In this document: piece by piece, positions 9,691 to 19,543 of the stretch
Layout of the letters: the number at the start of each line of letters is the position of its first letter
Numbering within the stretch: position 1 is the first letter of the stretch
Source of the DNA: Polyangiaceae bacterium
GTDB lineage: Bacteria; Myxococcota_A; Polyangia; Polyangiales; Polyangiaceae
DNA length: 64,000 nucleotides
NCBI GenBank assembly: GCA_050287085.1
Contig: JBNKBE010000014.1
Coordinates: 96,001-160,000, forward strand
Reading direction: 5' to 3'
Notes under the pieces: generated by a model
Told to the model about the DNA's origin: nothing
Seen by the model: the letters and a program-made list of their open reading frames with translations, nothing else
Databases searched by the model: none
Made by a program: the position numbers and the translations under genes

Positions 9691-9853
9691 ATGGGCATGC
9701 CGCAACAAGCAAAAAGAAATGAGGCGCCTCGAGTCACTGGCCCCGTCACGGAGCATCGCGAACCCAAGGTAGACTCATCCTAGCATCCGGCGTGACCCGA
9801 TGCCGCTGCCCGCCGGCGCGGCTGGAGCCTATCCGCCCGCACGGTAATTGATT

Positions 9854-10028
9854 GGGGCCCGCGGATGGGAAAGTCTGTCGCGAGCCAATCGAGACTGCCG
9901 CGAGGTGGGCGCGTGCGATCGAGCACCGCAGAGCTACTGGAGTTGCTCGAGGAGCACAGCGACGAGCCCGCCCCGCCGCAGCAAGAAGTGCCGGCCGGCG
10001 GAGTATGACTTTCCCATCAGCGCGCCCT
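9854..10028 (+). repeat. Palindromic intergenic repeat element, copy 2
   Basis: GGGGCCCGCGGATGGGAAAGTC ... GACTTTCCCATCAGCGCGCCCT inverted termini; shares core CACCGCAGAGCTACTGGAGT with copy 1. Confidence 0.8.
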
Positions 10029-10071
10029 TGCTACGACAGCGATGTCGCGGCGCTCGACTCAGGGGCTCCTA

Positions 10072-12249
10072 CTACTTCAGCAAAATGCTCGCTACCGCGT
10101 GATTGTGCTCCTGATCGAACACGCGTACGGCCACCAACGCGGGGCGACTGAACCCCAAGGACGACAACGAGATCGCGAACTCCTCGCGGGCTTCGTCGAA
10201 AATGCCATCCGTTGGCGCGAGCGGAATCCACTGCTCGGATCCGGCGACTGAAACCTCAACTCTTGCGATCGGACCAAGACCATCGGTCACCGTCCCCACG
10301 AGACGGTTTCCCTCGATCACAAGTCGTTCCACGCGGGGCGCGGTATTGTCGACTACCACGACGTGACTGACCAGAGCGTCGCGTTTCACTTGCTCTGGTG
10401 GATTGGACAGTTCGTCACTTGCTTCTACACGCACGCGATAACGGCCCTCAGGGAGCGACGCCGTATTCCATTGGTAACGGGTCTTCGTCAACCGCTCGCT
10501 GGGCTCCAACATATCAATCCACGTCGCTGTCCCAATCAGCTGATACGCCAAGCGATAGCGCAGCACATCTTTGTCGGGATTGTCGACGTTCCACGTCACC
10601 TCGACCTCGTCCCCTTCCCCAACCGATACTGGCCCCCCGGAAGTACGCACCTTGCCATCCGGTTCGTGAAAGGTCTCTTCGCCCGCAGTTTGGACTGACA
10701 TGTCCGTCACCGTCGCCCGCAAGTTGTCCGTCACGTACGCAGCCGAGACCTCTTTGAGCGATGCACGGGGCTCGAGGAGTCTGGCGCGCAACTGTAGGTA
10801 GCGCCCTTTGGGAGCGACCAGCTTGCCCGGCTCGGCCAGCGGCGCCGACCAGGTACTCCACGTATCGTCGGGCTCCGCGGTATTCCCACTGCGTCCCTGG
10901 AGCTCAACGCGTCCCTCGCCCACCCAATCGACACTCCCAAATTGCGCAGGGCGCGTCAGATCCAGAGCGGCACTAGTCCAGGTTGCGCCGATTCCTGCGC
11001 TGCTCTTGGCGGTGTGTACGACAAGCGGATCGGAAGCGATCACCAACTGCTCCCCGGCTCCCAATAGGATCGCGCTCAGCTGACGCTGCGGCACCTCAGC
11101 CACCAAGACCGAGTTTCTATTGGCGGTGACAGTATAGAGTTGCCCCCCCACACCGGTCCCGATGTATGGCCGGTCGCGTGCATCCAGCGCTAAGCTGACG
11201 TAGTGATGGCTGCTGTCGCTCAGCAGCTGCTCAAATGTCCCGTCGGTATTGAAGCGGTACAGCAGACCACTGCCCGATGCCTGCGAGTTTGACCCGGCCG
11301 ACGCAGTCGACTTCTTGCTGTCGCCGGAGAACTTTCGTGCCTTGATCTCGTTGGCAACGGCGTAGACCACACCGGACTTTGCCACGGCGATGGCACGCAC
11401 TTCGGTCACGCCGAAATCATATATGACGCGCGCCCTCCCCGGCCCGCTCACCTCGTAGAGGCGAGCCTTGTCGGCGGTCCCCGCATAGACCTTCCCACCG
11501 GCAAGCGCGAGGCTCATGATGTGCTCCTCGGGCGCGTCGAAATAGACTTGCGCCTTGCCGTCTCGAGTGACTCTAAACAGCTTACCATTCGGTCCGGTCG
11601 CGACGAAGAGCGATTGAGTCGCGGCGTCAAAGGCCAGCGCCAGAATGTGATCGGCCCCCTCCAACTCGGCAAACGGTTCGAACTTATTGCCCGCAAGGCG
11701 CAGCACTGTCGAGCCAGGAACCGCGCCGGCAAAAATGGCCCCATCAAACCCGGGCTCGACCGACGTGAGACTGATGGCATCGGCCTTGGCCACCACCTTG
11801 GCAACCCCGTTCTTATATTCGAGCAGCTTTGCCTCGTTGCCGGTAGCCAGCAACGTACTTCCGTCGGGACGGCGAAGGGCGTCCCAGACGAACTCGGCCT
11901 CTGCGATTGGAGCTTCCGACAACGTCAGCCCCGCCCGAACCGTGCCACTTGCATCGATGGCGGTGCCGTCCAACTTGCCCCCTTCGAAATCGTCCGCCGT
12001 GCGCAGCGCGACGCGCTGGGTCCCCACCGCGAAAACCGGCAGCGCCCCCAACAAAGCAGCGAGCGTACCCGCCACACACGTCGCGCGACGCAGCGGACCC
12101 CTCCGCAAGCATCCGCTCGTGCTTCGTTGAGGGGAGCGCAAGCTCACAGATGCGCCTACACGGGTGAACACAGCTCTCAACAACACGGCAACCTGATGCT
12201 GCAGGTCGCGATGTGGGCGATGAACCAAGGGGGCAATACGGTCTTTCAA
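10072..12249 (-). CDS. Exported beta-propeller protein with C-terminal Ig/FnIII-like domains
   Basis: Signal-like LAALLGALPVFA (true start likely downstream of 12249); repeated blade motifs (LFVATGPNGKLFRV, VYAGTADKARLYEV, YIGTGVGGQLYTV); PEGRYRVRVEASD, VDNTAP. Confidence 0.75.
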   Translation of the reverse strand: MKDRIAPLVHRPHRDLQHQVAVLLRAVFTRVGASVSLRSPQRSTSGCLRRGPLRRATCVAGTLAALLGALPVFAVGTQRVALRTADDFEGGKLDGTAIDASGTVRAGLTLSEAPIAEAEFVWDALRRPDGSTLLATGNEAKLLEYKNGVAKVVAKADAISLTSVEPGFDGAIFAGAVPGSTVLRLAGNKFEPFAELEGADHILALAFDAATQSLFVATGPNGKLFRVTRDGKAQVYFDAPEEHIMSLALAGGKVYAGTADKARLYEVSGPGRARVIYDFGVTEVRAIAVAKSGVVYAVANEIKARKFSGDSKKSTASAGSNSQASGSGLLYRFNTDGTFEQLLSDSSHHYVSLALDARDRPYIGTGVGGQLYTVTANRNSVLVAEVPQRQLSAILLGAGEQLVIASDPLVVHTAKSSAGIGATWTSAALDLTRPAQFGSVDWVGEGRVELQGRSGNTAEPDDTWSTWSAPLAEPGKLVAPKGRYLQLRARLLEPRASLKEVSAAYVTDNLRATVTDMSVQTAGEETFHEPDGKVRTSGGPVSVGEGDEVEVTWNVDNPDKDVLRYRLAYQLIGTATWIDMLEPSERLTKTRYQWNTASLPEGRYRVRVEASDELSNPPEQVKRDALVSHVVVVDNTAPRVERLVIEGNRLVGTVTDGLGPIARVEVSVAGSEQWIPLAPTDGIFDEAREEFAISLSSLGFSRPALVAVRVFDQEHNHAVASILLK

Positions 12250-12449
12250 GGTGGATTTCCCGCGGAATTAGCGCTCAGAAGAGCGCTGCGTTGCTTTACG
12301 AATTCTGAATCGGTGAGAGCTCGGGATACTCGAGCTCTTCATTCTGACTTTGGAAACAATGGGAGGACACAGGACCCACAGCTAGCGCTCCGGCAGCGCA
12401 CGAGGCGCGGCCGAGTCGGCAAGACGTCCCACGAGACGTGGCCGTCCAT

Positions 12450-14414
12450 CTAGTCCTGCACTGCCTTTACCTGCATGAGAAGAGTCTCTTTGCCGATCAT
12501 GTAGCGGCCGAGGTCTTCGGAATGGTGCCCCCAAGAGCTAACACGACTGGGCTCGATCGAGTTCGAAGTGGAATTGAACGCGTCCACCACGCCACTCGGG
12601 AGATTGTGCGCGACGTGCCCGCGAAATGCGACGCCCGCGCCGACTTCATACGAAACGACAACCGCCTGCGGGGGATAGTGCGGATTGCGGAAGCCATCTA
12701 CGAGCTCCGTGAGTGACTCCGGTGGGGCCTTCTCACGAGCTACTGCGTACCCAGGCTCGATCTGCAACTTGACGCTCTTCCCTGCCAAGTGCTTGGGCAC
12801 TTGGAACGTCACCGTCCGCAGCACCGGCTCGCCTTCATAGGGCAACAAGGTAAGCCGCACGCGAGCCCGCTCCCCCGGCTCGACCTCGGGCGTCAACAGC
12901 TCCGCGCCACGCAGACGCAATAGGTCGCGCCGATATTCGAAGTTCACTCGAACGTCGACGCGCTCGACAAAAGCTGGCTCCCAGGGATTGGAGAAGACGC
13001 TCCCGATCGCATCAACGAGCCCCGAACGCGAGAACTCTCGCTCATCCGGCGTGCCGCCAACCGAAACGCCGAAGTCGTCGATCAAGAGCTCGCGCTGTCC
13101 TTGGATCTTCACTCGGCTCTCAGCCCGCCAAGTCACGTCTTGCCGTTCTGCCGCAGTTGTTTGGAGCGCATTGCCAAGAGCCACTGCAATCAACGAGGGA
13201 GTCGTGAACTTCTCGTGCGCGAGCTCGAAATTCCAGTGCGTGTCGGGAGCGCCAGGCACTCCTTCGATCGCAACGGTCACGGGAATGATCGGCGCCTTCG
13301 CAGTCTGAGATACAACGATCGAAGCCTGCCGATCGTTGACCATGGCCCCCATGCTGCGCACCGGCATTCCCAACTTGAAGGAGCGCGCTTGACTCGCGAG
13401 AAACCAGAGCACACGCCCAACGGCAGTAGGCATCGCAGTCACGCCCGCATTCATCATTGGATGCCCGAACGCAACCAGTCGGTCGCCTTCGACTCGCGTC
13501 ACAGTACCGAGCCCCATCGCGCTCATGTCGCCCCGCACCAACTGAACGCCAACAGCACCGCCATCGACGAATCGGGTCGGAGCATCGGCCTCGGGCGCGC
13601 CAGCGCCGCCGCCCGCGAGGGGAACGAGACCCAATGGCGCCAGGAGATCGCCCGCAAACTCGATGCTGCCCGCGGCCATTCCCCCCATGAGCAAGGGGGT
13701 GCTAACCGGCGTGAGACCCGGCAACGCGGCCCCCCCCGCCTTCTGATGAGCTGCAGCCAGCTGATCGCGATGCTCCAGCAAGTTGTAGGTGCCAGCCGTC
13801 CCGCGATAACGATTGCTAGCCTGATGGGTTTCACCGCGTGTCGAGGTGGCCGAGTGGGGCACGTGCCGCGGCATCGTCAGAGGCCAGCCGTTGATGAAGT
13901 CAGGCAGGGGGCGCTCGAGATCGTCGAGCATATTGCGAATAGGAGTAACGCCCGCAACCGGCTCAGCACCAAACGTCCAGCCGTAAGCGTAAGCGCCGAT
14001 CATCTTGCCATCGATGTAGATTGGGCTGCCGCTCATACCTGCGACGACCTTGGCGACCTCCAAACGGGGATGCTCGGTCTTCACCAGAATTAGGTCTTGG
14101 CGCGGACGGAAGTTGCGAAGCACATCGATGACTTCGACCTCGAAGCGCGATGGTTCGGTTCCCTCGAATACGGTGAGCCCGTAGCCCTTCATGCCCGGCT
14201 TGATCGCGGCAGCTGAAAGCACGTCTCTCCGATTTGCCCGGCCCTCAGCGCCCGCGGCCAGCGGCAGCGCAGCCAACAACCCCAACAGCACAGCACACTG
14301 AGTGAGGTGAGAGTGGATGAGCGCCCGCGGCGAACGCGCTAGCCTCCAGGCCTTGTGAACAGCCCGCCCAAGGGTACGGCGCGCAGAAACCGACGACGAA
14401 GTGGTATCAATCAC
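12450..14414 (-). CDS. SpoIVB peptidase S55 family exported protein
   Basis: GMKGYGLTVFEG, VAGMSGSPIYIDGKMIGA, GTVT....LVAFGHP. Confidence 0.88.
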   Translation of the reverse strand: MIDTTSSSVSARRTLGRAVHKAWRLARSPRALIHSHLTQCAVLLGLLAALPLAAGAEGRANRRDVLSAAAIKPGMKGYGLTVFEGTEPSRFEVEVIDVLRNFRPRQDLILVKTEHPRLEVAKVVAGMSGSPIYIDGKMIGAYAYGWTFGAEPVAGVTPIRNMLDDLERPLPDFINGWPLTMPRHVPHSATSTRGETHQASNRYRGTAGTYNLLEHRDQLAAAHQKAGGAALPGLTPVSTPLLMGGMAAGSIEFAGDLLAPLGLVPLAGGGAGAPEADAPTRFVDGGAVGVQLVRGDMSAMGLGTVTRVEGDRLVAFGHPMMNAGVTAMPTAVGRVLWFLASQARSFKLGMPVRSMGAMVNDRQASIVVSQTAKAPIIPVTVAIEGVPGAPDTHWNFELAHEKFTTPSLIAVALGNALQTTAAERQDVTWRAESRVKIQGQRELLIDDFGVSVGGTPDEREFSRSGLVDAIGSVFSNPWEPAFVERVDVRVNFEYRRDLLRLRGAELLTPEVEPGERARVRLTLLPYEGEPVLRTVTFQVPKHLAGKSVKLQIEPGYAVAREKAPPESLTELVDGFRNPHYPPQAVVVSYEVGAGVAFRGHVAHNLPSGVVDAFNSTSNSIEPSRVSSWGHHSEDLGRYMIGKETLLMQVKAVQD

Positions 14415-14477
14415 AGACCCGCCAGTCTAACACCGCGATCTGACTAGACTATCGATTTCGACTGTCCTAGGAGTCGT

Positions 14478-14765
14478 TTGCTGCCTTTGGCTCCGTGCTT
14501 CCCTCAAGACGTGACCGACGCGCCCCTATCTCATCTGTTGCAGGCCGGTGGCCTGGTTGTCAGCAGCGCCCTCGGGTTCTGCTTGCACCTAAGCGTCGTA
14601 CTGTACCTGTGGCAGTCACCCACCACGCGAGCGAAAGGGCTACTGCTCTTGCTGCCCCCCACGGCATTGGCCGCTCCCCTGTGGGCGTTCCGCGCCGGCC
14701 TCCGATTCCGAGCGCTTCTCTGGGTGCTTTGTGCCGTTGTCTACGGTTGGCTCGCCTTGTCGTAA
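14478..14765 (+). CDS. Small membrane protein (about 3 TM helices)
   Basis: 95-aa hydrophobic ORF filling the gap between minus-strand genes. Confidence 0.55.
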   Translation: MLPLAPCFPQDVTDAPLSHLLQAGGLVVSSALGFCLHLSVVLYLWQSPTTRAKGLLLLLPPTALAAPLWAFRAGLRFRALLWVLCAVVYGWLALS

Positions 14766-14771
14766 CGCGAC

Positions 14772-15563
14772 TCAATCCGGATGGCGATAGGGGCGCTCAA
14801 TCGTCCGCGGCTCAAGCCTGCTGAATCCTTCTTCCACGAAGCGTTCTCGCACCTTCAGCGCCAGCCGCCGCTGCCCACGAACCGGGATCGCGAGGGCATA
14901 GACCGTACAGGTCTCAGGGTAAGCTGGGTAGGCGGCCCATGCGAGAGCAAAGTCTCCGGCTCCGAAACCGTAGTCGATATAGGCCTCCGCGGTGTGAATC
15001 AGGACCTCCGAGTCCTTCCAAGGGCGGTAGAGCGCGCTGACCTCGCTCATTTCCAGGCCGAACGGGGCGGCGTGTGGAAACGCCCAGTCCTCGATCTGCT
15101 CCATGCAGTCTTCCACGGTAGCCCTTCGTTCCCGCTCCAAGGCTTGTACGAAGACAACGTTCAGCGCATCGAGGTCGTCACCGTACTTGAAGCCCGTGAA
15201 GTGATCCAACAGCCAGTAGCGAACTCGCTTCCAGCGGCCCGTGTCCGTCAGTGGCACAAACAGCTGCTCGTCACGATCGGGGCTCTTGCCCCAGGAGTGG
15301 GTGAGCAGACGCCGGAGAGCCCGCGCGTGGGGGTCCCCAGGCTCAGCAGCCACGTCGGTCGCGGCAGTCCGACCCAGGTTGTGCAACCCCTCCGACCCGC
15401 CAGGCCCTAGGCGCGGCAGGCCCTCCACGTGCGCGGGCCTCCCCACCACAGGGCTCTCCTGCTCAGCACCGACTGCGGGGCGTTGCCGACCACAAGCGCT
15501 CAGCCCAACTAGGAGGCCGAGGCCACCAGCAAGAAGCGCGTCTTTCGCTGCGGGACGGACCAC
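14772..15563 (-). CDS. Hypothetical lipoprotein
   Basis: ORF 14772..15695; hydrophobic stretch ending in lipobox LSAC follows GTG 15563. Confidence 0.65.
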   Translation of the reverse strand: MVRPAAKDALLAGGLGLLVGLSACGRQRPAVGAEQESPVVGRPAHVEGLPRLGPGGSEGLHNLGRTAATDVAAEPGDPHARALRRLLTHSWGKSPDRDEQLFVPLTDTGRWKRVRYWLLDHFTGFKYGDDLDALNVVFVQALERERRATVEDCMEQIEDWAFPHAAPFGLEMSEVSALYRPWKDSEVLIHTAEAYIDYGFGAGDFALAWAAYPAYPETCTVYALAIPVRGQRRLALKVRERFVEEGFSRLEPRTIERPYRHPD

Positions 15564-15720
15564 ATCGGAGTTGTACGGCGCGCCGCGCGGAAAGCTCTGT
15601 CCGGGGGGCGTCGCAGACCCATAAGGAACACCAGCCGCGCTCCGCTCTTGGCGCCACCATCGCAGTCGTACTGCAACAAACACGTGGTACTGCATTGGGC
15701 TGCGCTCGACCCCGCCCCCC

Positions 15721-16845
15721 CTAAAGCGTCACTGCTTTCAGCGTGATGTCGGCGTCTCGGGTCAGGCCCAACCCGAGTTCTGCCGCCGTCTGAACGTAGG
15801 TTGGCGCACGCCCCACCGACTCCCAAGTGGGTAAACCTCGTTCCCGACGAATCGACGATATGACCTGAGTCCCAATCGTATCCAGTGCCACAGGATCTGT
15901 AGCCGCGTAGACGGAGCCGTGAAGCGTGCGGCAAGCGGGATCTTTGTCGAGCGGTCCTTTGTCGAAGATGACTTTGAAGGCGTCCACAATATGCAGACGA
16001 ACGCGACTCTGCAGCACCGGATGAACGTACAGGACCGGTATCTGAGGGTCGCAACGATGAGCATGATGCTTTTCCGGGTTAACAATTTGACCGTGCGTCA
16101 TGTTCTTCAGGGCACCCGTGAACCCGCAAATGGAGTGATCCTTCATCATGGTCAGATCGATGATCGCCGTCGCGTCCGTCACCTGTCGAACGAAACGGGT
16201 CTTTGTCCTATTGAAGGCAGCCACTTCCGGCATACGGACGTCGCGATTGGCGTGGGCGCTTGCTATCACGCCCTCGGGCAGCTCCAAGCCCGGCCGATTG
16301 ACACGAGTCCCCGCCAGGAAGTTCGGAAATTGCTCGAAGACGGTGATGTGTTGAGCGGCGACGCCCAGCTCCAGCAGCCCCCGCACCAAAGGGAGGACCA
16401 GCTCCGCGTTGAAGGCCACCGTGGCGCCGGTCTGCCCAGAAATGCCGTTGATCTTCAGCGCTACTCTGTCCTCCGGATGCACAAAGTGCCGCAGCGAAGA
16501 CACAAGCGACGTCTCCCCCGTTAGTGCCACCATCACAGACTCGAGGAATCGATTTGCAATCTCCGATTTGGGCCACAACTCGTTGGGCTGCATCAACGCC
16601 CGCAGGTCGCCCGCTTTGGTCACCTTAGCAACCCGTCCCGGCAGCTTCAAAGGACGGAAAGCCGCCGGGGGTGCGGCTATCCACGGGGCCAAAAACGCAT
16701 CGGGATCAAAAGCGAGCACGTCGCGATGGGCCGCAGAAAACGCCGCCGAGCACAACCCCGCGGTCGCCAGCCCTAAGAAGTCACGTCGCGGCAGCCCCGC
16801 GGCGACGCGCTGATCCACAACCGACACCCTCGTTCCGCAGGTCAT
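15721..16845 (-). CDS. DUF362 domain protein with Tat signal
   Basis: RRDFLGL twin-arginine motif; V.LKIN, MKDHSICGFTGALKNM, A.DPVALD. Confidence 0.88.
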   Translation of the reverse strand: MTCGTRVSVVDQRVAAGLPRRDFLGLATAGLCSAAFSAAHRDVLAFDPDAFLAPWIAAPPAAFRPLKLPGRVAKVTKAGDLRALMQPNELWPKSEIANRFLESVMVALTGETSLVSSLRHFVHPEDRVALKINGISGQTGATVAFNAELVLPLVRGLLELGVAAQHITVFEQFPNFLAGTRVNRPGLELPEGVIASAHANRDVRMPEVAAFNRTKTRFVRQVTDATAIIDLTMMKDHSICGFTGALKNMTHGQIVNPEKHHAHRCDPQIPVLYVHPVLQSRVRLHIVDAFKVIFDKGPLDKDPACRTLHGSVYAATDPVALDTIGTQVISSIRRERGLPTWESVGRAPTYVQTAAELGLGLTRDADITLKAVTL

Positions 16846-17039
16846 CGCTTCGGTGCCCGCATGCTAGGGGGTTGGGCCACCAGGGTCGAGTACTTCCGCA
16901 TCGGCGCAGCGTACGGGGTGGTCCCGGCTTCGCAAGCCCCAAAGGCGTAGAGGGCACAACAATTGGCGACCATGCGGCGAACGCGGCACGGTCAGCGGCT
17001 CCCCGAGCGCCCAGCGCAGACAAGAAGCGGAGGCGAAGA

Positions 17040-17055
17040 CGGCACGTCCCTCGCA
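17040..17055 (+). promoter_or_regulatory. sigma54-like promoter of the small-protein/comEA operon
   Basis: CGGCACGTCCCTCGCA = GG-N10-GC, 77 bp upstream of ATG 17132. Confidence 0.55.
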
Positions 17056-17131
17056 ATAGCGGTGCGGTGAAGGCTGATGTCGGCCCTCACTCATTCAACA
17101 AGTACGCACCTCAAGAAAGGACATAAACAAC

Positions 17132-17371
17132 ATGGAAAACAACAAGATGAAGATTGCCTACGTCGTGACCGAGCGCAATGGACGCAGCTTCTGGAACCGC
17201 TGCGGGGTCGCTTTCGTCAACGGCGATGGCTCGCTCAACGTCAAGCTCGAATCGATCCCCGTCAGTGGTGAGCTGCAGATTCGCGACTACGTCCCGCGCG
17301 AAGATGCCGTCCCGCCAATTCGGAACACCTACGGCCACAATGAGCCCTTCCTGGCAGAGGCTGCTGGTTAA
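17132..17371 (+). CDS. Small conserved-looking beta-rich protein
   Basis: Strong RBS (AGAAAGGA); motif FWNRCGVAFVNGDGSLNVKLESIP..GELQIRD. Confidence 0.85.
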   Translation: MENNKMKIAYVVTERNGRSFWNRCGVAFVNGDGSLNVKLESIPVSGELQIRDYVPREDAVPPIRNTYGHNEPFLAEAAG

Positions 17372-17374
17372 GCC

Positions 17375-18085
17375 ATGACACAACAGGCTCCAGTCCCCGA
17401 CCGTGCGGACACCTCGCCGGTGCCCAAGCCGGTTTCGGAATATGCGCAGATATGGAAGCCTCTGGTGCTCCGGGGGCTGGGGCTCGTGGTCGGAGCGTTC
17501 AGCCTCACCGCGGTTGGCTTGCTGAATGCGAGCGACGCAGGCACCGCTCTCGAGTCAGTTCAGACAAACCTGACCACCGCTGGCTGGGTTAGCGCCTCGA
17601 GCACTGCCCCACCGCGACCGAGCGCGTCGCCGGAGGCAACCGCAAACGCTATGGTAGCGACGCCCGCCTCGTCCGTTGGAGGCGACACGCCACGAAGGTC
17701 GCCGTGTGACCCCGCGACATCGGAGGGGGCGGCGCGAACCCCCACCGACTCCACAGGCACGACGCGACCGGACGAGTCTCGCAACTCGGAGGGCTCCGTC
17801 ACCGGCGCTCCGCCAACTGTAGGCATTACCGTCGACGGCAAAGTCGTACTCAACGTGGCCAGCGCCGAAGAGCTGACGCGACTTCCGGGCGTGGGGTTCA
17901 AACGAGCGACTCGCATCGTTCAACTGAGGTCGCGCCTGAAGCGCTTCCGCCACATCAGCGACTTGCTGCGCATCCGTGGGATCGGCCCAAAGAGTCTCGC
18001 CAAGATGAAACCGCACCTCATACTCGAGCCGCCACCGCAGCCCGCTGCCACCCCGGCTGACCCAACCCCGCCCACTTCCGGCTGA
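17375..18085 (+). CDS. comEA: ComEA family helix-hairpin-helix DNA-binding protein
   Basis: N-terminal TM anchor, Pro/Thr/Ser linker, LNVASAEEL..LPGVG..A.RIV..R..F...DLL.I.GIG. Confidence 0.88.
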   Translation: MTQQAPVPDRADTSPVPKPVSEYAQIWKPLVLRGLGLVVGAFSLTAVGLLNASDAGTALESVQTNLTTAGWVSASSTAPPRPSASPEATANAMVATPASSVGGDTPRRSPCDPATSEGAARTPTDSTGTTRPDESRNSEGSVTGAPPTVGITVDGKVVLNVASAEELTRLPGVGFKRATRIVQLRSRLKRFRHISDLLRIRGIGPKSLAKMKPHLILEPPPQPAATPADPTPPTSG

Positions 18086-18152
18086 GGCTTTTTGCCCGCC
18101 GATGCCAATTGTCACTCGCCCTCACACCCGTTTGTGAGTTACTTCGAGCGAT

Positions 18153-19412
18153 GTGAGTCGCAGTTTCTACGCGTTCATTGCCACCCAGTTGCTCGGTGCC
18201 TTCAACGACAATCTGTTCAAGCAGCTAATCCTCTTCCTAGCGGCAAGTATTCTCTTTCCGGGCGTCGATAAGCAAGGCCTGGCGTTTGCAGTATTCGCCC
18301 TTCCATTCGTGCTCTTCAGCGGGCTCGCCGGAGACCTGAGCGAGCGATATAGCAAACAGAAGATCATGGTGGCCATGAAGTGGCTCGAAATCGTGATCAT
18401 GCTGCTGGGGGCGGTGGCTCTCCAATCGAAGGATTGGAACCTGATGCTGCTGGTACTGTTCGTAATGGGCGCACAGTCGGCGTTTTTCGGTCCCGCCAAG
18501 TACGGTGCGATTCCGGAAATGGTCAAACCGAAGGACCTCATCCGTGCCAACGGCGCGGTAACGATGACGACGTTCATTGCGGTGCTTGCTGGTGGGGCCT
18601 TGGCAGGACCACTGCTCGACCGGATCGGCGACCGTCTGTGGCTGAGCGGCGTCGCGTGCATCGGGCTCGCGGTATTGGGTACGTTCACTGCCTCGCGCAT
18701 TCAGCCGCTATCGGCAACCCGGCCGAACCACGTGGTAGCCACTAGCATCAGTCCACTGACCTGGCCGGCGGCGCTATTTTCAGGCCTCGCCTCGACGATT
18801 CGCAGGCTCTCGCGACGCCAGGGGTTGATGAGTATCGTCTTGCTGAACTCCCTGTACTACTTCAACGCGGGCGTCTTCAATCAAGCGGTTGTCGGCATGG
18901 GTGCCCCCGAGCTTCTCGACATCGGCGCTGGCAATCAGAAGCAACTTTCGGCCATTCTAGCGACACTATCGGTCTCGGTGGCAGTGGGTGCAGTCCTGAC
19001 GCCAGCACTGGCAAAACGCATTGCACCTGGCCGTTTGGTGATCGGGGGGGCGCTCCTCATGGCGCTAGCTCAAGGCTTGATGAATCTGGTGGCCACGGTC
19101 GTCACGAAAGACGCGGGCGCACTGCTGCTGATGCATCTGTGTGCTGCGACAACGGGGTTATTTGGCGCGGTGGTCGTTGTTCCCCTCGCGTCCTATCTGC
19201 AGTTCGCCCCGGAACCGGGCATGCGAGGCATGACGTTCGGGGTTACCAATTTCTTCAACTTCCTCTGCCTATTCCTCGCGGGGCTCTTCTACTTGGTGTT
19301 GCGAGGCATGTTGGGCATCAGCCCCGCGATCGTACAAAGCGCAAGCGCCGTGTTCCTCATCGCAGGACTCGGCGCGTGGCGCCGTCGTATCAGCGCCATC
19401 AACTTTGCTTGA
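18153..19412 (+). CDS. MFS transporter (LplT/Aas-MFS-like)
   Basis: TQLLGAFNDNLFKQ, LPFVLFS..AG.L, QSAFFGPAKYG.IPE; about 12 TM helices. Confidence 0.88.
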   Translation: MSRSFYAFIATQLLGAFNDNLFKQLILFLAASILFPGVDKQGLAFAVFALPFVLFSGLAGDLSERYSKQKIMVAMKWLEIVIMLLGAVALQSKDWNLMLLVLFVMGAQSAFFGPAKYGAIPEMVKPKDLIRANGAVTMTTFIAVLAGGALAGPLLDRIGDRLWLSGVACIGLAVLGTFTASRIQPLSATRPNHVVATSISPLTWPAALFSGLASTIRRLSRRQGLMSIVLLNSLYYFNAGVFNQAVVGMGAPELLDIGAGNQKQLSAILATLSVSVAVGAVLTPALAKRIAPGRLVIGGALLMALAQGLMNLVATVVTKDAGALLLMHLCAATTGLFGAVVVVPLASYLQFAPEPGMRGMTFGVTNFFNFLCLFLAGLFYLVLRGMLGISPAIVQSASAVFLIAGLGAWRRRISAINFA

Positions 19413-19481
19413 GCCCCTGCGCGTCTGAAAAAGCGCCTTCGAGGCTCAAGCCGTTCTCCGTTTGACGGGCGTCGATGTGCG

Positions 19482-19532
19482 CGCTGCGCCGTGCTTGCCG
19501 CTGCGCCGCGCTCGCCGCTGCGCCGTGCTTGC
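19482..19532. repeat. 17-bp tandem repeat x3
   Basis: CGCTGCGCCGTGCTTGC / CGCTGCGCCGCGCTCGC / CGCTGCGCCGTGCTTGC between the convergent MFS gene and purA. Confidence 0.85.
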
Positions 19533-19543
19533 GCCTGGGAAGC

